NCBI GenBank assembly: GCA_001643675.2
Contig: LSRY02000059.1
Span: 372,001-436,000, forward strand
DNA length: 64,000 bases
From: Monocercomonoides exilis PA203
Taxonomy: Eukaryota; Protista; Preaxostyla
Reading direction: 5' to 3'
Shown in pieces: positions 39,195 to 51,909 of this stretch. A program made the position numbers and the translations under genes. Numbering within the stretch: position 1 is the first letter of the stretch; every line of letters starts with the position of its first letter. Under the pieces are notes generated by a model, which was not told the DNA's origin, did no database searches, and was given only the letters and a program-made list of their open reading frames with translations.

Positions 39195-42100
39195 ATGGAG
39201 TGAAAGCAAAGTTTTCTATGTTTGTCCTTCAAGGTATTTTATTTGTTTCTATTTTAAAATTTTATTTCCAAGTCTTTTATCTTCTTCTGTTTCAGTTTCG
39301 TTTAATGCTGGATTTCCATCTTCCTCTTTCCCCATTTCAGGAATTCATACAAAGAATTCTTCATACTTTTCTTCATTTGTTTCACTGCTGAGTGTTTCAA
39401 CAACCGCACTTGGAAGAACACTCAAAAGAAGCAACAGGCGAAAAGCGCTTGCTACATTCAAGCGGCCAATTTGTATGAAAACACACACAGGTACAAGAAT
39501 TGCTCCACCAGAGTTCAAATCAGAAGTGCTGGGGCTGACAAACAAGTGGGAGGAAGTGGAAATAATAACAGCAATAACAATAGTGGCAGCAACAGGAAGA
39601 AGAAGCTGTTGCGTGTGGGTATGTAGCAAGTGCCACGGCATATTCCAAGAGGAAGGCCTCCGAAGATGAAGAGAAAGCGGATGAAGACTGAGATGTGGTT
39701 GAGTCAGCAGGGGAAGGAAAGCGAAAGAGGTGCAAATACTTATGAGACAGCGCAGAATGATAAGCGTTTGGAGCCAGCTGCCGCATTAAAGAGTTAGATG
39801 AAACTTGGAAACAAAGAGAAAGTGAAGGAAGAGGAAAAAGGAAAAAGGAGAAAGGAGAAAGAGTAGAATAGAACATTTTCTGTTTTTGATGAGCTTCCAT
39901 CAGATGAATTGGAGTATGGAAAGCAAAGAGGAGCAAAGCGGAGATAGAAAGCGAGCGTGAAAGGGAAAGGAAAAGCGAAAGGAAAAGTATTCAGATCAAA
40001 GACAAGTCCGACGTTGAATTTATATGATGCGCTGAGTGAGTTGCTTTCGAGAGAGCTGGAGCTGCTACTTGTGGCAGATGGCTGCATCATATTTGACTCA
40101 TCTGAATCTGACACGAGTGAGACAAGTGGAAGAAGTGAATGAAACACCGATAAGAATGAATATGACGAGGAAGTGGATGATGATGAGGAGGAGGAGGAGA
40201 AAGAAGACGTGGAGTCAAACAGGATTCTCAGTGTAAAGATTTTTTTTGACAAGCACACAAGCCAGCTGGCAGACACCGAAAAAGAGCAGATCTGTGTTTG
40301 AATATGACACCTCAAATACATTCAACTCAACAAAAATGAAAGAAAACAGCTCAATTGAAACGATATATAACGCAGCTGAGATGAAAGAGAGGCAGAAGAA
40401 GGAGGCACTTACGAAGTTGAAGAAGAACACATAGAAGCTGACACATGGAAGGATCATTCCTACAATCAAGCCGGCTGACCTTCTGCTTCCTGCAAATCAT
40501 GTTCAGGAAGAGGAAAGCAAGTCAAAGAAGCTTAAAAGAAAGATCTGATCGAGAGGGAAAGGGAAGAACGTGTATTATTTGAAACAGAATGATGAGGGGA
40601 AAGAGAGAATAAGCGGAGAAGGAACAGCTGACACTGAAGAAGCAAAAGAAGACAGTGAAGACAAAGACAGTGAAGATAGCGATTGTAGTGACGATAGTAA
40701 TGATGAAGATAGTTTGGAAATAACTCGTTCTGTTGACACATCAAATACCGATGAAACAGACAAGTCAGCAAAAAGAAAAGAAGACCCAAATAGACTCCTT
40801 GCCCGCACTTCCCTCGCAAGCATCGAAAGACGCTTTCATCGATATCCCAAAAGAGCAATCAAAAGAATTCGTGTGTTTTTTTTAGCGCTAACCTCATCCA
40901 TCGTCTGCGGAGAGCATAGTCCGACCCCTCTACCGCTATCCCTTCCTTCAGCCTTGTCTCCAAAGAAAAATGGAGAGAAAGAAGAAGACGAGAACACAAT
41001 TGGCTCAGACATCAGCAGAGAAGCCCGGCAGAACCCGCGCCTTAGGCACAGCAATCACAGTTTTCGTTACTGTTTCTGTTTCATGAAGGCATCTTGTCTT
41101 GTCTGCCATCACAACAGCACTCGGTAGAACAACTCAGGCACACCTCAGAGCAGCCGCGGAAAACGGGTTTGTGATTGCTTCTTCTTCAGCAAGTATGTCT
41201 TGTTAGACGGGTATGCCAATGCAAATGGAGAAGATAGAGGAGGAGGAGGAGGAGGAGTGGATGACCTTGGGAACAATTCTGTGTTTGGGAGTGAATACAG
41301 ACAGAAGGCAGAACTGGAGAAGCTGTTTGTGCGGTCGATGCAGCAGATAAGGCAAAAAGAAGGCGCCACTTTGCTCCACTTACTCGGAAAGGCACTGTCC
41401 CATTTTTTCAACCAGCTTTGGTCACCTCAGCTTCCAAAGCAAACAACCATTCCTTCTTCGCATGCTGGTGAAACAGTGGGAATATTAGTGAATGATGCGA
41501 ACTCGTTTCTGAGCCTGTAGCGCGGAATGAGGCTGTTCAGTTACGGAGGAGAAGATGCAGTGAGAGATGCACAAATGATTATGAATATGAGAAAGTTGAT
41601 GAATGTGTGGAGAGGAGAAAGAAGGGCAGCTGTTGAAGGAGGGGACGAGGCAAGAGACAGCTGAGCTGTTCTGCGAAGAGAGAAAAACATTTGGCACTGT
41701 GTCTGATGTGCAGAATAAGATCAATAGAAAGAATGATAATGGCTTCTCTTTCAACACAATTGACAATAAAACATTTGCCGTCAACACGATTATTTGAAGA
41801 CCCGCTTCTGTTTGCTTCGTCTGTCTTAATCAAAGAAAAGTAAATATTGCCGTCTGCTACCGAAAATGCATTTTTTGTTTCTCCGCCGAGAATAGCATGC
41901 GTCCCATCCATCGGAGAAACTCTATTCGAACTGACAGATTCAACACACACAAGGTTGCTCCGCTGAGCATTGAACAGCCACATAAAGAAGAGCAGCATTC
42001 GATTCTGCCTTCTTCTCTCAAATTTTCGTGGGTGCCTCTTGTCAACGTGTGCCCTCTCCCTCTTTCGCATCCACTTACATTAATCATCTGCACTCTGCCT

Positions 42101-42750
42101 TCTCAGCTGCTTTCAGCTCCTTTCACTTCATCTTCGTATTCTCCATTTCTTCTCTATTCAGCTCCTGTGTCACTTCTTTTAAAATTCTCAGTCCATATCA
42201 TCCTCCATCACAACACCTGCCATCATCTCATACTCCACGCAGCCCCTCGGCCCTTCTACAGCGTAGTCCAATCGCCTGCCGCTTCGTCAGCTGGCCACGC
42301 GCACTGCACTCAATGCAATTGTCACCGCTACTCTCTTGCTGATGGTGAAGAAGAACTTGCTCCACAAAATATCAGCCATATTTGAGACACACCCTGCTCA
42401 GACACCTTCCTCTTCTCCTTCGATGTCTATTTCTGCTTCTCTCATCCAGCGATTGAAGGCTGTTGGCGCTGCATTCGAACAACAAGCCACACCTTCCGCT
42501 TTTGCTTCTTTTCAACTAACATCAGAGCCTCAGTAAACTTCATTGGAATCGAGCATGACAACAAATTCACAAAAACTGAGTTGAACTTCAAACGCTGCTG
42601 CTGATGGAGCTTATACAACTTCTGTTTGCAGTGAGATGAATGCGTTAGGAACAGCAAGTGAAAGAAGAGGAGAACTTCCCTGTCAGATGAAGATAGATTA
42701 TTCTCAGCTATTCTTCCGCATCAGCTTCAGACAAGCGTAACCTCCTCTCA
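39195..42750 (+). pseudogene. Long degenerate gene remnant (Glu/Lys/Ser-rich)
   Basis: Coding-like composition and intron-like segment near 39234-39340, but only short ORFs (40570-41127, 41200-41520, 41897-42385) separated by stops. Boundaries approximate. Confidence 0.5.
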
Positions 42751-42862
42751 GTTTCCTCTCTCTTTGCTTTCGCAATCCCCTTCTCCTTCTCCCTCTTCTC
42801 GTCATTCACATCAATAAATTCTTTATCCTCAGTTTCTCTCTCATTTCCTCCTCCTCCTCCTC

Positions 42863-42896
<34 letters not shown>

Positions 42897-43199
42897 TTTT
42901 TCTTCTTCTTCTTCTACTTCCTCTTTCTCTTTCTCTTCTGCTACTACCAATACTGCTTTTTCTACTATTTCAAATCGTATTTCTCATTTTTTGCATCTTC
43001 ATAAGGGATACAAGCAGAAATAAAAAAGAATGGAATTTATAAAGAAATCAACTTCTAAAAAAATGAAAAGAAGATGATAAGTGAATGAAGAGAATGAAGA
43101 TAAAGAGAAGAAGAATTTGTTTTGTCAATAAATGATGATTGGAAATTTGAAAGAAAGAAATGAAGATATTGATAAATGTTAAAGTTAAATAGAAATGGA

Positions 43200-44309
43200 G
43201 AGAAGTGTGAAGAGAAGACGTCGACGAACAGTTACTGTACGCGACAACGAAACAAGAAGAGTTCGTTGAATGTCTGAATTATTCCGTCAGTTTCTTCTTT
43301 TTCATATGCTCTTTGGAGAATTGCAACAATCATCATGGAAGGGAGTTGAGAGGCGAAGCAGAGGAAAGAATATCCACCGTTTAGTTGCTATGTGAGTAAA
43401 TGAAAAAGCATTCAGTGGCCTTTCCAGGGTTAGGCAATGAGGAGTACACAAAAGCTAGAGCAGTTGCTGTTATGGAAGGTGGAGTGATAATTCCGTATGA
43501 TTGAGCTGTTGATGGTGAGCAGATATCGGTCAACACGTTCTAAACAGTTGAGCTAGGTGAGGGAGATGGCAGTGAAGGCGGAATGCATCATGATGAAGGA
43601 GCTTTCTGACATTTTTATACCAGAAAGATAAAGAAGAACTATGCTTTTGCTAACAGTGGCGAGGACTGTTATAAAAAGGTGTTCGAAGATGCTTATTGAT
43701 TCATCGTCAAGCATAAGCAAAGTTGAAGCGACTTTAAGAACTGAGAGGTTGATGTGGAAGAGATTAAGGGAGTAAGCAGTGAAAGTACAAGAAGCATAAG
43801 GAAAGATGCGAAAGGGATGAACAGGTGCGTTGGAGAGGTGAGTGGTGTTTTTGCAGGCACAAAGCAGCTTTGAGTTGAAGAAGGCTTGTTGGTTGGAAGG
43901 AGAAAAGAGGGAGGATGCGAAGGAACATTTGAAGGAGAGGTGGCTTAAAGGATGATGCAGCCATTGAGAAACACAACGGAAGCCAACTGATGGTGTTCAA
44001 ATGAACAAGATCAAGACTTCTGGAGATAAACCAGAATCGGATTATGGAAAGGGAGATATGGGCTTCGAAAGAGAAGGAGGAGATCCAGAAGATATTGACG
44101 AGTGTTATCGATGCAGAGGATAATGGGCAAGCGGATGATCTGGTGGCTTGATCGACGAATACCTGTTGGGCCCAGTAGAAGAAGAAGAGGATGAGATCGT
44201 GACCGATATCGAAGTTGAGGCCGGGACGGGAGGAGTTGGCGTCGCAAAAGGAGGCTTCTGTGACGATAGAGAGTTGGAATAAGTGAAGGGAAAAGAAGAA
44301 CTAGGGCAT
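43200..44309 (-). pseudogene. Degenerate coding-like remnant starting at the ATG at the edge of the 350-bp repeat
   Basis: ATG CCC TAG, then about 180 open codons to 43764, then further broken frames. No recognisable domain. Confidence 0.3.
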
Positions 44310-44654
44310 AGGTGTAACTGCGTCCCTTTTGCAATTCTTGTTTTTAACAATTAATTTAATGATGTTTGAAAAGCTAAAATTATTTATAAACTTTTGTATG
44401 GACCGATTTTTCGTTAAACTTTTTGTTTGTCGTGAAAATACTTTTTTAAAAAATGACCCATAAATATGAGTATTTGAATAAAATTTTTAAAATCAAAAAC
44501 AAATAAATCCTGAAAATTATCTTGAATGTCTCTAAATGCATTGCACACTTATATTTGTTTGATATTTTCACAAAAAATACAAATTTGAAATTTTATTTAT
44601 TTATATGCAATCATTTGATCAAACCCATATTTTAATTATATTAATTTGCAAAAC
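44305..44654 (-). repeat. 350-bp inverted repeat, left copy
   Basis: Reverse complement of 50979-51328; no mismatch found by eye. Confidence 0.92.
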
Positions 44655-45109
44655 GTAAATGAGATTTAATAAATCATTTTCTGAACATTTTGTTTTTAAC
44701 AATCGTTAGTTATGTTATAAGTCATATGAAATTGTTTTTTTTTAAAATATATATGTATGTCTTTATTTATTTTTATCAAGTTTTGAATCATTTTTATTTT
44801 TGCGTTATTTCTCGTGATTAAAAATTCATTAGATGTTCAACCCTATATTACTGTGAAGTTCACATCCCGAATATTTGAATATCCAGCGTTGGTATTCCTA
44901 ATCTTTTAATTCGCAATATTGATCGTTTTACACCTTTCACTTCACTTTTTCAAGCAAATAATATGTATTTATATTTCTTTATCTTTCAAAACTGCTTTTA
45001 ATTGCTTGAATTTGTTGAAATCGTATTTATCTTAAAAAACAAAAATTATGTGAAGAAGTGAGAAAAAACGGAAAATAAAATAATGAAAGAAAATAATTCA
45101 GAACGTCTT

Positions 45110-46300
45110 TCAATCAAAGCATTCTGAACAATCCAAATACAAGAATTCTCCTTTTCCATTGCCTGATGAAAGCAAACAGGATGATGCATTTGTCGATTTG
45201 ATCTCCAGTTTTTCATTCCCTTTCAATATCACTTTTGCAACACCTCCTTCACCGCTTCCTTTGTTTGCAACTTTTTAAAAGTTGCTGTTTTCAAGCAAAA
45301 CAAAAGAAGATATCATCAATGGAGACTTGGCAAATGAACAATCTGTTAAACTGCATCCTTTCAATGTGCAACTTCCAGTGGTTGTGGTTATCAATGAGTA
45401 TTGAACAGTAATTATTGCTGATTGAATCTCAAATAAACAGTTTCCAAGTTGAAGAATATAACTTGAAGAGATCAAAGAATTCATACTCGGTATAAATTGA
45501 TTTGGAATCTGCAGCTTCAAAGATAACAAGCCGAGTTGCTGAATTGATGAAATAACAGATGATGATGATGATGATGCAGAATCCCCATTGACTGTCCCTT
45601 CAAAATGAATAGGCTTGTGTTGAATTTCATCTCCCTCATTCACACACCCTTCAATCACAAGTGCATCTGTGAATGAATAGATATCTTCAATCGTCCCTTC
45701 ATCCCTCACTTTCACTTTCCTTTCTCCTTCTGTCCCACTCCTGTCAATGTGGTCAATTCCACTTTTCATTTATTGACATAGGAATATTTCATTTCCACAC
45801 CCCAATGTGTCATGACCACCAGTCGAAACAGACACCTCCATCCACTTCAGTTCAACAAAAAACACTCGAAGATCCATTTCCTCATATTTCCCATCTTCCC
45901 CAACAAATGCATTTCCATCATCCTTGAATCCTGAGTAATCAAATGCAAAATGCTCTGTGTTCACACTATTCACCAGATTGCTGCTCTTCACATACATGTT
46001 CTTCCCAACTGTTGCACTGCACCCAGAAAACGATATCGATGAGAGCTGAAATTCTTCTTCATTCAGACTGCAATCCAGATATATCCCTCCTCCTTTTCCT
46101 CCCTCACTCATATTCTCACAAACACATTCAGTAAATGAGCTCTCTTCAAGCGCAACATATCCCCCTTCATTCAACGCTATCTTCAGTGCTCCTCCTTCTT
46201 TGCTCTTCTCTGACAATGCCCCGTCAATTGTACTTCCATCCATCACCATCCAAACTCCTGCATTCCCTCCAAACACTGCTGCTTCTCCTTGTACTTCACG
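45110..46300 (-). pseudogene. Truncated fragment of a beta-helix / adhesin-like surface protein family
   Basis: GGALKI, FTECVC...KGGGIYL, FSGCSATVGKNMYV, GHDTLGCG...CQ*MKSGIDH. In-frame TAA at 45770-45772, another stop at 45275, no proper 5' end. Confidence 0.7.
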
Positions 46301-46575
46301 AAATATAAGAGTGAATAACAAATGTTTCAAACAAAATAAATTGCAAAACGATTGTTGAATGCGTGATTTTGTCACTTTGTAATTCATGTTGGCTTCACAT
46401 TTCAGTCTAGTGCAAAGAAAATAAATGTGTCAATTGCATAACAGCTTTTTATGAAATAAAAAATTCTGTAAGCAAAGATTTTTCTTTGACAACTGTATTG
46501 GCAATTTAAAAGGCAGAAACAGGATCTTCTAACACGAACACAATTGGTAATATTTGCATTTAATAAAGATCACAT

Positions 46576-49500
46576 GGGTGATTTTTTTTGATTTCATAAA
46601 AAAAGATCAAAAATCGAAAAAATAAATTCTATTGTGGTATTTGCTGATCAAAAAGAAAAATTGATTTTTTGCGAGTAATCAGCTTTTAGAACCGTGATGT
46701 GTATGTGTTTTATTTATTTATGAAAAAAAAAACATACCTTTTTATGTTTTCAGCGAAAAATGTATTTATTGATCAAGTTTGAAAAAAAAAGTGTTAAATT
46801 AAAAAAAATAACTGTCAAAGGAAAATGTCAAGTTTCTCAGTTTCCAAAAGGTACAACTAAACAAAAAATACTTTGAAAAACATAATTGAAACAGTTTGTT
46901 AAAAATAATGTTTCAATTAATAGATTCATATTTTTTTATTTATTAAAGCAATTGGCTTTCTTCACTTTATCTTTTTCTTCAACTGGAATATTATCACAAA
47001 ACATCAGTCCTTTCTTTTCGGTTCATTGCTTCATTAAACGTTGAATGAAATGCAGGGAAATCAATAACCAATGAATAAAACTGATTCTTACTCATCTTCC
47101 TTCAATTTCTACTCTGCTTCATAAAAAAATTCTCCTTTTGAAAATGCCTCTGACGTTGTTGGCTTCCTCTCCGGTCCTTTCTGTGTCATTCTTCTCGTTG
47201 CATTCCTCAATAACTATAATTGCTTGTAAAACTCTTCTGGAAACAAATTTGCCTTCACACTCAGTTCATTGGCCACTGTGTGAGCGATGAGGCGAGCAAA
47301 GGAGAAGGATGAAGAACAACAATCCGAGGAATTTGAAGAAGAAGAAGAAGAAGTTGTTGTTGTTGCTGTTGTGTTTGAATGAGAAAATTGCTGAGGATGT
47401 TGCTGAGCAGATTGAAGAGGAGGAGAATAAACACTCTCAGTCATCTTCAAATTGTCAGCATTGTCGAACGAAGAAGCATGAAAAGGCATAATTTGCTGCT
47501 GAGGTGTGATTTTAGAAGAAGGAGGAGGAAGAGACGAAGCCATAGGTTTGTGTGTGAGATGACTGTCATTATTTCCAATTTGTGAATGCTGCTGAGTTTG
47601 AAAAGAGACTTCAGTGCGCATTTGGAAGGAAGAAGAAGAAGAAGAAGAAGAAGAAGTGAATGAAATTGATGCGCAGGCATAAATAAATGTTAAGAAAAAG
47701 AATCGCGTTCCGATAATTTGCTGCTGAATCCTTCTTCGATTTTTGATTTCAGGCAGAAAATCTGAGCAAAGAGTCCTTAGAATCGTTGCAGGATTATTCT
47801 TCTCTTTTGTTGTGTTCATCTTTTCTTTTGCTCCTCTTTTTTTCTGTGCCTTTCTAATGTCTTTGCCAAACCCATTTTCTTCTTCCACTTCATCTTTCTC
47901 ATTTTCGATGCATTTATCTGTCAGACTCAGCGATCCCTTTTCATCTTTATCACTTATGAACTTATTTCCATTTCTCTTCTCATCCTTCTTCTCTTTCTTC
48001 CCTTCCTTCTCCCTACCCACCCGAATCCCCTGGCTAGCCACATATGCAGTATTGTTCATCATCATCCTTTGTTGCTCAAACACATCCCTCGTCGCTGACA
48101 CGCTGCTGCTTGCAAGCACGCCTTCATTTCCCAATCTGCTCTTCCCGAGAATCGCATAAGGGATCAGCACAGTCACAAGCGGTGGCAGCGAGAATGAAGA
48201 AATTGAAGAAGAAGGAGAGGAAGAAGAAGGAGAGGAAGAAGACATGTTCGATAAAGAGGCAAAGCTTGGGCTAGTTATGTCGAGTGACTTCTAAGCAAGT
48301 GAAGAGGAGTCTGCAGAGGGAGACGATGGAGTAAGGGGATTCGGCGAAGTGACAACAAGAACAAAAGTTGTTGATTATCGGATGTGTGGCAGGGGAGAAA
48401 AAGAATGGATCACAATTGTCGATGAGGCTGCGTCGTTTTGAGTGTGCAGCTGGGCAGATGAAAGTGTGAAGTTGAATAACCAAAATGTCTGATGCTGTTC
48501 ATCTTCATCATCACCTCCTCCTTCTCTTCCACTTCCCCACTTCTTCCTTTATGTTGCAGCCTTTGCAAGTTTTTAATCGAAAGCGTCAATTTGCGATGTG
48601 CAAAACTTACCTTTCTCCTTCGTCTTCGTCTTCGTCTTTGGCTCTTCCTGCTGCCTCCCTTTCCTTTGCACAGCACTCAATTTGCTTCTGAAATCCGCCT
48701 TCTTTGCATCTTCTATTTGAACTTGAACTCCTCTCTCTCTCTTCGCTTCTTGGCGGTGTAATAAAGCAAGTGGATGAGCGCAATGTTCCCGGTAGCTCCT
48801 TCCCTTTTCCTATTTCATTCATCTCCTTCACCTAATTCAGCACAGCTTGTGCACCACATCTATTCGAAGCTACAAAGCAGAGCAGGATGAGCGCTGTAGA
48901 AGAGAAGAGGGTTCAAATGCACATCCAGCGAAGCTGTCGAATGCATTGACAGTGACGATGATGTTGTTGAAGGCAGCCTAACCAAATGATAAAATTTTTT
49001 GCGTGATTAATAAAGCTATTGATTGAAAATCTTACACACATTCGAATGTTGCTGATCTGATCCAATATGAAGAGAGAGGAAATGTCAAATTAGAAGAAGA
49101 AGGTGAAGAAGGTGAAGAAAAAGGTGAGGAAGAAAGAGAAAATGAAGAGGAAGAGGATGATGAAGAAGAAACAAAAGAAAGCGAGACGAAGATGAAGGCG
49201 AAGAAAAAGAAACAGTTGAGAAATTTAAAATCAGTTGAAAGATATTTGTGAAGTTGAGAATAATTTGCATGAAGTCGGTTGTTGGACAAAATATTGAATT
49301 AGATGAGTTGATTCGAGAAAAAGTGAATAATCGTTATCACAATATCTGCAGCAGGCTGGCTGTAAAAATTGAAAAAAAAAGAAATCCTCGGTTCACTATC
49401 TGCCTTTTTGAAATTGTTCTTCCCTTTATTTAAAAACAAAAATGAAGACATTTTTCAATTTCCTTTCCGTTCCATTTCCATTTTCCATTCGGCCTTAAAA

Positions 49501-50919
49501 TTCTCCAAATATAATAACCCTTTCCTTTTCTTCATCTTTCCCTGTCTCTTCCATAAAATATTCTTCTCCTAGCAAAAAAATACCCCTCTTCCATTTGAAC
49601 ACTTCAGAATATTCTTCTTCTTTCCCGCCTTTGCCCTCTTTTCCTTTTTTTCAAATTCCATTTCTCCAATTTGTCTCAAATATCTTCCTCACCATCCTCA
49701 GCCACTTCTCTACATATTTACTATATTATCTTCTCAAAATCTCCACTTGCTCTTCCCCGTCCCTCTGTCTCCAAATTTTGTTTATTCAAAAATCCCTCTT
49801 GAAAGGTTAACATTCCATAAAATACTCAACTCCCACCCCCTGCCACAAAAAAATATTCTTCCATCTCTTCTCTGCCCCATATATCTCCTGTGCCTGGTGT
49901 TGGTGAGATAAACCTCAAATACTTCTTTGGGTGATTGAGAATATTATTAAAGGAGATGATCATGACAAAAACAGAAAAAAACACAACTGAACAGGCACCA
50001 CAATGCGTACGGGCTGAGAAGACCCTCCTGTGAGATGTACGATGTATTTTGTGGAGATGCATTCCACGCTGTATTCAACCATTCTGAGACTGAAATGAAG
50101 AGATTATTTTTTTGAATGAGGACGTATACAAAGATGAGTGTGATACCAAAATAAAGTTGAAGTTCAGTTTGGTCTTTATTTATTTTTCTATATTAGAATA
50201 TTTGTCTATTAACTGATTTTGTGCTTCTTTTAGGGCAGGAGGTGAAAATGAAGGAAAAAGAATGAAAACTTAATGTCTCATTGTGCAGGGTGACTATCGA
50301 ATTGTGAGAACAGATTCATATGGAAAGAATGCATGATGGAAGGATTGGGAAGGAAATTGAAGATGTTAATTGTTGAAGAAGACCAGGATGCTCTGAATTG
50401 AGAAAGATAGAATAAAGCTTAATGAATAAACTTCACATTTTTTGGAAGGGAAAGAAATCAACACATTTTTTGGAAAAATAACTGTTAGAAAAAATAATTG
50501 GAGAATCAGTTGCTAAAACTGGAAAATCGATTGATTTCAACAAATTTGCTTCTATTTTTAAAATCAATTTTTAAATTTCTTTGTTATATCACAATTTAAC
50601 AGCTTTTTTTTTGCTTAAGATATTGATAAATTATGTGTTGTGATTATTGTTATCATGCTTTTTGAACCAGCAAACTTATATTTTGCTCTGTTTATTAAAT
50701 TTTTGATATTTTTTGAATAACTTTTTATGTTTTTTTCAAAATATGAAATAAAAACAATTGGAAACAAATTAAAATTAACAAACAATTAATAATAATAACC
50801 ATTCGAGCAATATATTTGCATGATCATCACTTTCATTTTTCTTATCTGCCCAACCCTTAACGAAAAATATTTTTGATCAAATGTCGGAATTTTTCATGAT
50901 ATCAAAAAAAATCAACTAC
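46576..50919 (-). mobile_element. Composite repeat element copy 2 (inverted), ~4.35 kb, imperfect ~30-bp TIRs
   Basis: Left end GGGTGATTTTTTTTGATTTCATAAAAAA (46576) is the imperfect inverse of TTTTCATGATATCAAAAAAAATCAACTAC (50891-50919). It shares ends A and B with 33523-38956. Confidence 0.6.
47214..48980 (-). pseudogene. Degenerate Ser-rich host-type gene fragment (interior of element copy 2)
   Basis: 343-aa ORF 47214-48245 preceded by broken frames and an acceptor-like ttag near 48978. No similarity seen to the interior of copy 1. Confidence 0.5.
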
Positions 50920-50978
50920 ATATAAAAACAACAAATACAAACGTTAGTACATTGCATCACCCGCACCTTCAAATTTAA

Positions 50979-51328
50979 GTTTTGCAAATTAATATAATTA
51001 AAATATGGGTTTGATCAAATGATTGCATATAAATAAATAAAATTTCAAATTTGTATTTTTTGTGAAAATATCAAACAAATATAAGTGTGCAATGCATTTA
51101 GAGACATTCAAGATAATTTTCAGGATTTATTTGTTTTTGATTTTAAAAATTTTATTCAAATACTCATATTTATGGGTCATTTTTTAAAAAAGTATTTTCA
51201 CGACAAACAAAAAGTTTAACGAAAAATCGGTCCATACAAAAGTTTATAAATAATTTTAGCTTTTCAAACATCATTAAATTAATTGTTAAAAACAAGAATT
51301 GCAAAAGGGACGCAGTTACACCTATGCC
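50979..51328 (+). repeat. 350-bp inverted repeat, right copy
   Basis: Reverse complement of 44305-44654. Confidence 0.92.
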
Positions 51329-51909
51329 AGCAGTTGTTATAAGACACACGCACTTCAACCGCTTCCACAGTTGCATATGAAAAAGGTGTTTGTGGAGTCC
51401 GCATAGAAAAAGAGCAGCCTGCAAAAGCCGAGCAACTGAGGAGGCCGTTTCAGTACGAAGGATAAAAGACGAGGAAGAGGACGAAGGATTAAGAGAGGGG
51501 AAAAAGAAAAAGTTCAAGTGAAGATTTTCGTTATGTGGAAGATTAAAAAGTGTCTGAATGAGAAAATCTTAAATATCATGTTGTTTCTTTTGTAATTTTT
51601 TTCTATAGCTTTGACCAATTAATTTTAATAACTAATTTCAATGATTATTAATTTAAATACAATTATTAACAATAAACAATAGTTTATTTGACAAATATCA
51701 TGTGCTTCCATCATATTTTTCTATATGTGTTAAAGAAAATTATTCGTTTTCCATAAATGTTTTAAGATCTTCATAATCAATTTAAAATTTTTTATGCAAT
51801 AACATCATAATACTAATTTTTATATAAAAAATATTGATTACATATTGTAATTATTGTTTTCTTTTTTACAAACCAGTTAACTTATGTTTTGTTCTATTTA
51901 TTGAATTAA

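Noticed and set aside
45770-45772. In-frame TAA joining two ORFs, suggesting TAA/TAG=Gln reassignment as in some metamonads
   Set aside because: Conserved genes here end at TAA (ZnT, PTB, CCHC) and TAG (RAD23-like), and Gln-rich 4400-aa and 1800-aa ORFs have no internal TAA/TAG. It is better read as a pseudogene lesion.
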